Origin: an uncultured Acidobacteriota bacterium
Lineage (GTDB): Bacteria > Acidobacteriota > Terriglobia > Versatilivoradales > Versatilivoraceae
Length of the DNA: 64,000 nucleotides
NCBI GenBank assembly: GCA_963803155.1
Contig: CAWDMN010000011.1
Coordinates: forward strand, 32,264 to 96,263
Direction of reading: 5' to 3'
The position numbers and the translations under genes were made by a program. The notes under the pieces are model-generated. The model saw only the letters and a list, made by a program, of their open reading frames with translations. It had not been told where the DNA came from and made no database searches. Positions 57,050 through 64,000 of this stretch are shown here, piece after piece. Within the stretch, counting starts at the first letter, position 1; each line of letters starts with the position of its first letter.

Positions 57050-59758
57050 ATGAGGCGATGGGTCTACAAGCTGCCACTCCGGTTTCGATCCATATTTAGG
57101 AAAAGCCGTATCGAACAGGAATTGAGCGATGAGCTGCGGTTTCATCTTGAAAAGCAGGTGGAGGAATTTGTTTCAAAGGGCATGACCGCGAAAGAGGCCC
57201 GCTATGCGGCCCTGCGCGAGCTAGGTGGAGTGGAACAAATCAAAGAGGAGTGCCGGGACATGCGCCGATTAAATTATCTCGAAAACTTTCTACAAGACAT
57301 ACGCTACGGGTTGCGCACGCTCTTAGCTAATCGAGCCTTTGCCGCGACCGTCGTGTTATCTCTTAGCCTGGGCATTGGCGCCAACATTGCAATTTTCAAC
57401 GTTATTAATGCCGTGCTTCTGCGATCTTTGCCGGTGGAAGACCCCCATAGGCTTGTTCAGATCAAGATGGGCGATCGAGGGTCCTTTACAAATCCACTCT
57501 GGGAACAGATTCGGGATCACCAGCAAGCCTTCTCAGGAGTCCTCGCATTCAGCGATGAGAGGTTCGATATGGCCGAGGGGGGGGAGCGCCGTTTCTCGAA
57601 GGGATTGTGGGTCAGCGGCGATTTCTTCCGAGTGTTGGGTGTGCCTCCGCTCCTGGGCCGAGTCTTCACGGCGGAAGATGACCGGCACGGCGGAGGCAGA
57701 GCTGGACCCGTAGCCGTGATCGGCTACAGCTTTTGGAAAAGAAATTTTGGAGGGGACCCTTCCGTCATCGGTAAAACCGTGCGGCTCAACCGTCATCCCT
57801 TTGAAATTGTGGGAGTGACACCCCCGTGGTTTGCCGGACTCGATGCTGACTATACTTACGAGGTCGCAATTCCCATCGGGTGCGAACCGCTTTTTCACCC
57901 GGATGGCAGCGCCTTGGAACAGCGGAGTTGGTGGTGGCTGCAAGTCCTGGGGCGGCTTGCCCCTTCCATGAGCCTGTCTCAAGCGGATGATCGGATGAAA
58001 GCCATCGCACCGGAAATTTTCCGTGCCACTCTCCCGCAAAATTGGTTTCCCGCGGATCAAAAAGAATACCTGAAGAGGTTTTTCACTTTGCTCCCGGCAG
58101 CCACCGGTTTTTCCGGGACCAGGGACGTATACCGGAAAGCCCTGCTTATGTTGATGGCAATGGTGGGAGTCGTGCTGTTTGTCGCCTGTGCGAACATCGC
58201 CAATCTTTTGTTGGCCCGGTCCTCCGCGCGACAGCGCGAAATCTCCGTACGGCTGGCCCTTGGTGCCAGCCGGTCTCGTGTTATCCGCCAATTGCTCACC
58301 GAGAGTTTCCTGCTTTCGACGGCCGGAGCCGCTGGCGGTTTTTTATTCTCCCTCTGGGGAAGCCGGTTGTTAGTCCGCCTGATTTCCACCACGGGAAACC
58401 AACTGGAAATCAACCTGTCCCCGGATCTGAAAGTGATCGCCTTCACGGCGGGGATTGCGGTCGCTACCACTCTTCTTTTCGGACTGGCGCCAGCCTTTCG
58501 CGCCACGCGGATCGGATTGAACCAGGTTCTCAAGGAAAATGTCGGAGGCGCCATTCAAGGGTCAACCCGGTTCAACCTCGGCAAAGCACTGGTCGTCGGT
58601 CAGATTGCCCTGTCCCTCCTGTTGTTGGTGGGTGCTTCACTTTTTTTGGGAACCCTCCGAAACCTGCTTAACATCGATCTGGGCTTCAGCCGTCAAAACC
58701 TTTTATTGATCAAAGCGGATGTGGAGCAGATGAACCTTCCGCGGCCTCAGCGCCTTCTCCTCTATCGGGAGATCCTCGACCGCCTCGAGAAAGTGCCCGG
58801 CGTGGAAGTGGTGGCGAGTTCGGATATCACACCCATCAGCAATAGTGAATGGAACGATTTTACCTATCCAGAAGGGTATCAGGCCAAATCGCGCGAGGAT
58901 ACGCTGGTTTGGTTCAACCGGGTGTCTCCTGGCTACTTCAAGACCATGCAAACGCCCCTCTTGCTGGGGAGGGACTTCAACGTACACGACAATCTGAATT
59001 CTCCGAAGGTCATTATCATTAATGAATCGACGGCCCGCCATTTTTGGGGAACCGCCAATCCCATTGGCAAAATGATTGGAGGGAATAAGCCCCAAGGCAA
59101 ACCGGGGGAGAAGGATTATTACCAGGTCGTGGGGATGGTCAAGGACTCTAGGTACGTGCGGATTGATGAGGCAATTCTCAGAACCGCTTATCTGGCGAGC
59201 GGACAGGACCTGGAACCGAGTCCCTCCATAAATTTTGAAATTCGCTCCCGCACATCCGCGGCGGTTTTGACTGCTTCCCTTCGTTCGGCCATCGCCGAGG
59301 TGAGCCGAAGTCTCTCGCTCGAGTTCCGCAGCTTTGAGACGCAGATCAACGAATCCCTGTTGCAGCCGAGGGTGGTGGCTCTGCTCTCCTCCATTTTCGG
59401 GGCGCTGGCGCTTCTACTGTCGCTGGTGGGGATTTACGGAGTCACCGCCTATGCCGCTTCCCGCCGACAGCGGGAAATCGGCATCCGCATGGCCTTGGGA
59501 GCGCAGCAAAGCTCCATGGTTTGGCTGATGTTGCGTGATATGTTCATCCTGCTTTTAATTGGAACCTCGCTGGGCCTGGCTGCCTCTCTTGCCATGGGGC
59601 GGTTGATCGCTAGTCTGCTGTATGGAATCCGCCCAAACGATCCCTGGCAGCTGGCCGGCGCGGCCGTGGCATTGGCGGTAGCAGCCACTTTTGCGGCTTA
59701 TCTGCCCGCACGGCGGGCGGTCCGGCTCAATCCGATGACCGTGCTGCGGGATGAATAA
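57050..59758 (+). CDS. ADOP-family duplicated FtsX permease, tandem paralog of 54214..56922
   Basis: 902 aa, about 70% identical to the upstream copy over its full length. Same ribosome-binding-site context (AAGGAGG). Confidence 0.9.
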   Translation: MRRWVYKLPLRFRSIFRKSRIEQELSDELRFHLEKQVEEFVSKGMTAKEARYAALRELGGVEQIKEECRDMRRLNYLENFLQDIRYGLRTLLANRAFAATVVLSLSLGIGANIAIFNVINAVLLRSLPVEDPHRLVQIKMGDRGSFTNPLWEQIRDHQQAFSGVLAFSDERFDMAEGGERRFSKGLWVSGDFFRVLGVPPLLGRVFTAEDDRHGGGRAGPVAVIGYSFWKRNFGGDPSVIGKTVRLNRHPFEIVGVTPPWFAGLDADYTYEVAIPIGCEPLFHPDGSALEQRSWWWLQVLGRLAPSMSLSQADDRMKAIAPEIFRATLPQNWFPADQKEYLKRFFTLLPAATGFSGTRDVYRKALLMLMAMVGVVLFVACANIANLLLARSSARQREISVRLALGASRSRVIRQLLTESFLLSTAGAAGGFLFSLWGSRLLVRLISTTGNQLEINLSPDLKVIAFTAGIAVATTLLFGLAPAFRATRIGLNQVLKENVGGAIQGSTRFNLGKALVVGQIALSLLLLVGASLFLGTLRNLLNIDLGFSRQNLLLIKADVEQMNLPRPQRLLLYREILDRLEKVPGVEVVASSDITPISNSEWNDFTYPEGYQAKSREDTLVWFNRVSPGYFKTMQTPLLLGRDFNVHDNLNSPKVIIINESTARHFWGTANPIGKMIGGNKPQGKPGEKDYYQVVGMVKDSRYVRIDEAILRTAYLASGQDLEPSPSINFEIRSRTSAAVLTASLRSAIAEVSRSLSLEFRSFETQINESLLQPRVVALLSSIFGALALLLSLVGIYGVTAYAASRRQREIGIRMALGAQQSSMVWLMLRDMFILLLIGTSLGLAASLAMGRLIASLLYGIRPNDPWQLAGAAVALAVAATFAAYLPARRAVRLNPMTVLRDE

Positions 59759-60023
59759 CTATAGAATTTCACCGCTAATACGAGAAGGAAGTGGAATGCT
59801 ATCATCCACCGATTTAGAGTCTTTGTATAAAGGCATGATATTGAGCTGCGAGGAATGACCATCCTTGTAGGGCGTTTTTGTAAAACGCCGGGGAAGCAGC
59901 CCCGGCGGTTGACAGAATCGAAGATCCGCCCCCCGGCGGACTGCCCTACAGGATGTGCCGCTTTTTCCGGCCTTCTCAATATTTGCCGAAAACGGACTTT
60001 ATAAATGGACTCTATTTATGGTC

Positions 60024-60215
60024 TTTGTATAAAGTGCATTTTTTTGTAGATGCGTTAGCCCGCCAAAAGGCGGGTTAGCTCGAAGAGCGTAACGCATCGG
60101 GGATGCCGCATCCAACGCCTGATGGGTGACGCGCGGATGACCGCTGTCACCACGCGCTAACCCATCCTACAAAAACAGCTTTACGCACTTTATAAATGGA
60201 CACTATATACTCTTG
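60024..60215. repeat. Repeat family 2, copy b. It carries an extra hairpin insert and is flanked by a ~20-bp direct repeat.
   Basis: See 5644..5830. Flanks GACTTTATAAATGGACTCTAT (59995-60015) and CACTTTATAAATGGACACTAT (60187-60207). Confidence 0.65.
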
Positions 60216-60436
60216 TTGCTGGCGCCGTAAGAGCACGGCGCCTCCATGTGAGGAGTATCGTGCGATCCTTCGCGCGACCTCGGGAACTGCCTTGCAAGGT
60301 CGATAGTCGTAATCTGTGCCTCAGCCTGGTACGAACCAATCTTTGGATGTGGCATCCCCGAGGGGTCGCACTCTTCGAGCTGAGGCATCCTAGACAAAAC
60401 GGGACTATAGGCAAAGAAACGAATAAATGATCCCAA

Positions 60437-62089
60437 TCAACTCCTCCAAGCTCCCCCTTTCCACTCGCGAACAATGTAATCTGAAACCCAAAAGGCAAGC
60501 GCCTGAATGGTCAAGGCCGGATTTCTCCCGCCCGACGTGACAAATAGACTGCCATCGGCAATAAACAAATTGTCCACTTCATGGGATTGCCCATACCGGT
60601 TGACCACGGAGGTTTTCGGATCGTTTCCCATTCGGCAGGTTCCGTTTTGATGTGAACCGATTCCCCCCTTGCCGGACCGGCTGGACCAGACTTTCACGGC
60701 TCCCGCTTCTTTCATAAGTTGTTCCATTTTGCCGCGGAAAAAATCGAAGAGGACAAAATCGTTGGAGTGATATCCATGGGTGATCCTGGAAACGGGGATC
60801 CCCCAGGAATCGCGGACTAAGGGAGAAACTTCGATGCGGTTTTCGAAAACTGGCATATCTTCCCCGGGAACCCAGAACCGCACAAAGCGACGGAAGTATT
60901 TCCGCTGAAATTCCTTGTGGGACCGTCCCCAAGAGGGTGATCCGGGTGGACGACTGCCGCAGAAATCAATGGGCATGCTTTCCGTACGTGAATAAAACAC
61001 CCCTCCGCCTACGAATCCGGGATTCTTCCCGTAAAAATCGTCGATTGCCACTCCGGGTCCGGGTCCGAATCCAGTGTTGGCGGTTTCTTCAAATATTCCT
61101 ACGACACTGGGACCGAGGTGACCCATAAAGTTCCGGCCGGCCCAATCGTTCGAGTTGCCCAACCCCCGCGGGAACCAACGGGATTTGGAATTCAGCAGGA
61201 GCCGCGGAGTTTCCGTGGCGGAAGCCGCCAAGACGATGATTTTGGCAGGCTGATGGATCAATTGGCCGGATTTGTCGAAATAAGAAACGCCGTTCGGTTT
61301 CCCTTTGGGATTGACGGTGATTTCCTTGACCATCGCATCCGGCACCAGGCGGCAATTGCCCGAGGCCATCGTTTGAGGCATCAGCGCATTGACAAAGTTG
61401 GATTTGACTCCGACTTCGCAAATGAACATATTACAGCAGGGGTGTTGTATGCAGGCCCCGCGGCCGCCATAAGGTTGGGAGAGAGTTCCCAGAGGGACTC
61501 GAAAGGGGTGATATCCCATTTTTGTCGCTGCCTTTTGGATCAACAAATCGCCCGGATGAAGATCAAATGGGGGCAAGGGATAAGGTTGGGAGCGAGGGCC
61601 GTCAAACGGGCCTTGTTCCCCGGAGACCCCCAGTTCATATTCAGCCTTAGTATAAAAAGGTTCCAACTCTTCAAAACGAAAGGGCCAGTCTTCCAATGTG
61701 GTTCCCGTGACATGCCCATATTCAGATTTCATCCGGAATTCGATGGGAGGGCGCCGCCACATCATGACGCCATAGGTAAACTGGCCTCCTCCGACCACCG
61801 CACCCGTGCTGGAATAACGGAAATCCTGAGGAAGCACGCGTAGAAATTCCTTTTCTCCGCGGAAACGGAATTCCCGCGGATGCCGGTTGTCCGGGCCGCA
61901 GGATGGCGGGAAAAGATGCCCGCTCGGTTGGGCGATCTGCTCATCATGAAGCCGGTAATCTTCTGCCTTCAAAAGCGGTCCGCGTTCCAAGAGGACCACT
62001 TTCAAACCGGCCAGGGCCAGCTCTTTGGCCGCTACGCCTCCGCCGGCTCCTGCTCCTACAATGACTGCATCTGCCCGTTCCAGGCTCAT
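60437..62089 (-). CDS. GMC-family FAD-dependent oxidoreductase (gluconate 2-dehydrogenase flavoprotein-like)
   Basis: 550 aa. N-terminal FAD motif DAVIVGAGAGGGVAAKELALAGLKVVLLERG. GMC C-terminal region. Confidence 0.85.
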   Translation of the reverse strand: MSLERADAVIVGAGAGGGVAAKELALAGLKVVLLERGPLLKAEDYRLHDEQIAQPSGHLFPPSCGPDNRHPREFRFRGEKEFLRVLPQDFRYSSTGAVVGGGQFTYGVMMWRRPPIEFRMKSEYGHVTGTTLEDWPFRFEELEPFYTKAEYELGVSGEQGPFDGPRSQPYPLPPFDLHPGDLLIQKAATKMGYHPFRVPLGTLSQPYGGRGACIQHPCCNMFICEVGVKSNFVNALMPQTMASGNCRLVPDAMVKEITVNPKGKPNGVSYFDKSGQLIHQPAKIIVLAASATETPRLLLNSKSRWFPRGLGNSNDWAGRNFMGHLGPSVVGIFEETANTGFGPGPGVAIDDFYGKNPGFVGGGVFYSRTESMPIDFCGSRPPGSPSWGRSHKEFQRKYFRRFVRFWVPGEDMPVFENRIEVSPLVRDSWGIPVSRITHGYHSNDFVLFDFFRGKMEQLMKEAGAVKVWSSRSGKGGIGSHQNGTCRMGNDPKTSVVNRYGQSHEVDNLFIADGSLFVTSGGRNPALTIQALAFWVSDYIVREWKGGAWRS

Positions 62090-62104
62090 AAAATCAACCT
62101 CCTA

Positions 62105-62240
62105 AGAAAACAGCATTGATGGAGGCGGGGTGCCCCCACCCCGTCTGAGTTTGCCAAGTTGGCTCAGACGGCCTGGGGCAGGCCGCTCCCATCATCCCAT
62201 TTTCATCCTCATTGTTGAGCTGCAATTTATGTGCACGGCC
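62105..62240. repeat. Repeat family 3, copy c
   Basis: GATGGAGGCGGGGTGCCCCCACCCCGTCTGAGTTTGCCAAGTTGGCTCAGACGGCCTGGGGCAGGCCGCTCCCATCATCCCATTTTCATCCTC, between the GMC start and the fucI stop. Confidence 0.6.
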
Positions 62241-64000
62241 TTAGCGTTTGCCGTACAAAGGGCCGTAGTTCGAGCAGGCGCGGTAATCGGCGCCCTGCGG
62301 ATCCATGGCGCCAAAGGCGCTCCAGGCGCTGGGCCGGAAAATTCGGTCCTCCGCCACATTATGCATGCAAACGGGGATCCGCAACATCGAAGCCAGTGTA
62401 ATCAAGCCGGCTCCGATGTGCCCATAACTGATGGCCCCATGATTTGCGCCCCAGTTATACATCACCGAATAAACATCCTTGAAAGGTCCCTGCCCCGTAA
62501 GGACTGGAGCAAACCAGGTGGTGGGCCAGGTGGGATCGGTGCGTTCATTTAGAATCTGATGCGACTCCTCGGGCAATTCCACGGTGTATCCTTCCGCAAT
62601 TTGCAGAACCGGACCCAATCCTCTGATCAGGTTGATACGACTCATGGTGACAGGCATATCCCCCTTGGAGGTAAACAATGAGGAGTAACCGCCTCCTCGG
62701 AAATACTCCAAGGAAGCTGGACACCAGCGCGTGGCATTGAGACACTTGCCTGCCTCTTCCGGAGTGATTTCCCAATAGGGCTTCATTACCGGCTTGCCAT
62801 TGCGGGATTGTTGCCCTGTTCCATCCAAAGTGGCGGCTCCCGAATTAATCAAGTGAATAATGCCATATTGTCCACGTCCGGCTAGAGCCTTGCCCGTCAC
62901 TCGGCGAATGGCTTCCGGGCTCCAGTAAGTCCGAACGTCGGCGAAAATTTGTGCGGTATCGCTAAGCAGATGACCGAACAACATGGCTGTTCCGTTTAAG
63001 CTGTCATTTTCCGTCGCCAATAAATAGGGCTGGCGAATTCCATTCCAATCGAAAGAAGTGTTCAGGATTGACTCCATGAAATCACCATTGGGATAATGGT
63101 CCGTCCATTGCCGCTGGCCCTGGAAACCAGCCAATATGGCGTTGTGCCCCCAAGCCTCTTCGCCAAAGCCCAATTCGGCCAACTTGGGATTTCCCACCAT
63201 CATGTCGCGGGTTATGATGGCCATCTTGACCACGGTTTCCCAGAGATCATCCTTGCGCTGCCGAGAGAACTGGAGCGCAGTTGCATTGTGGTCTTCTCCT
63301 TCCGGACAATTCTCTTTTGTCCAGGCGAGCGCACGCTTGAATTCTTCAGGGTCGAAGATTCCCAACTCGATCCGACGAAGATATTCCGACATGTCGACGG
63401 TTTCATTGCGCATTCCCAAATAAGACTGAAAGAAATCCTGATCCACGATGGAGCCGGCAATCCCCATCGAGACACTGCCAATCCCCAAATAGGATTTGCC
63501 CCTCAATTCAGCCACGGCAAGGCCGGCTTTGGCAAACTGGAGCAGCTTTTCCTGAACATCTGGAGGGATGGAAGAATCCTTTTTGTCCTGCACATGGCGC
63601 CCATATATGCTGAAAGCCGGCAGACCCTTTTGATTGTGTCCTGCCAGTACCGCAGCCAGATAGACGGCGCCCGGCCGTTCTGTGCCGTTGAATCCCCAGA
63701 CTGCCTTGGGTATAAATGGATCCATATCCATGGTTTCACTGCCATAACACCAGCAGGGAGTCACGGTGAGAGAGATGCCCACACCTTCGCGCGAGAATTT
63801 GTCCGCGGCTGCCGCGGCTTCAGCGACTCCGCCAATGCAGCTGTCGGCAATCACACACTCCACGGGGAGACCATTGGGATGACGAAGATTTTCGCTCAAA
63901 AACAAGGCCGCGGTTGTGGCCATGGCCATGGTCTGCTCTTCCAGGGATTCCCTCACTCCCCTGCGCCGTCCGTCAATGGCTGGCCGAATGCCAATCTTGG
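62241..64000 (-). CDS. fucI: L-fucose isomerase, partial (N-terminal ~5 codons beyond the window end)
   Basis: Near-collinear match to E. coli FucI as recalled (...[26 protein letters not shown]...[16 protein letters not shown]...GPLYGKR). Upstream codons remain in frame to position 64000. Confidence 0.95.
   Translation of the reverse strand, partial: KIGIRPAIDGRRRGVRESLEEQTMAMATTAALFLSENLRHPNGLPVECVIADSCIGGVAEAAAAADKFSREGVGISLTVTPCWCYGSETMDMDPFIPKAVWGFNGTERPGAVYLAAVLAGHNQKGLPAFSIYGRHVQDKKDSSIPPDVQEKLLQFAKAGLAVAELRGKSYLGIGSVSMGIAGSIVDQDFFQSYLGMRNETVDMSEYLRRIELGIFDPEEFKRALAWTKENCPEGEDHNATALQFSRQRKDDLWETVVKMAIITRDMMVGNPKLAELGFGEEAWGHNAILAGFQGQRQWTDHYPNGDFMESILNTSFDWNGIRQPYLLATENDSLNGTAMLFGHLLSDTAQIFADVRTYWSPEAIRRVTGKALAGRGQYGIIHLINSGAATLDGTGQQSRNGKPVMKPYWEITPEEAGKCLNATRWCPASLEYFRGGGYSSLFTSKGDMPVTMSRINLIRGLGPVLQIAEGYTVELPEESHQILNERTDPTWPTTWFAPVLTGQGPFKDVYSVMYNWGANHGAISYGHIGAGLITLASMLRIPVCMHNVAEDRIFRPSAWSAFGAMDPQGADYRACSNYGPLYGKR

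Noticed and set aside
1-64000. tRNA, rRNA, CRISPR arrays, transposase or integrase genes
   Set aside because: No T-arm-like GGTTCGAATCC-type motifs, no regularly spaced direct repeats with spacers, and no ORF with DDE or tyrosine-recombinase motifs were found. Mobile-element calls are therefore limited to the non-autonomous repeat families.

Overview
This 64 kb window looks like a chromosomal segment from an Acidobacteria-type genome. The evidence is two tandem ADOP-type duplicated FtsX permeases behind a PadR regulator, a 1200-aa CarboxypepD_reg/TonB-dependent outer-membrane protein, many Tat/Sec-exported putative glycan-active proteins, and a repeat-rich intergenic space.

Gene content in order:
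- hrcA (partial).
- An LplA-family protein, alanine dehydrogenase, a stand-alone B12-binding corrinoid protein, and a Cys/Met-family PLP enzyme.
- A glycerate-metabolism block: glycerate kinase, a LarA-family nickel-racemase homolog, a sugar-phosphate isomerase/epimerase, transketolase and a D-2-hydroxyacid dehydrogenase.
- A SAM methyltransferase.
- An eight-gene minus-strand locus (17.4-30.7 kb): MFS transporter, a Tat-exported SelA-like PLP enzyme, a clan GH-D alpha-galactosidase-like hydrolase, two paralogous TIM-barrel glycoside-hydrolase-like proteins and three exported hypotheticals.
- An amidohydrolase lipoprotein, the TonB-dependent receptor, xylulokinase and modABC.
- An orphan AmmeMemoRadiSam radical SAM enzyme.
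- The conserved rplU-rpmA-obg-nadD-rsfS-rlmH block, then dksA and comF.
- A BsuPI-domain secreted protein, a PilZ-like protein, recD and gluconate-2-dehydrogenase subunit 3.
- PadR with the two ADOP permeases, a GMC oxidoreductase and L-fucose isomerase (partial).

I found no rRNA, tRNA, CRISPR array or obvious transposase. The main unexplained structure is at least three families of 100-200 bp structured interspersed repeats (MITE/REP-like) in intergenic spacers, plus several perfect palindromes. The most hypothesis-rich items are the exported glycan-degradation locus with its Tat-targeted SelA-like PLP enzyme and the LarA homolog embedded in the glycerate cluster. All functional calls rest on motifs recalled from memory; no database search was possible.
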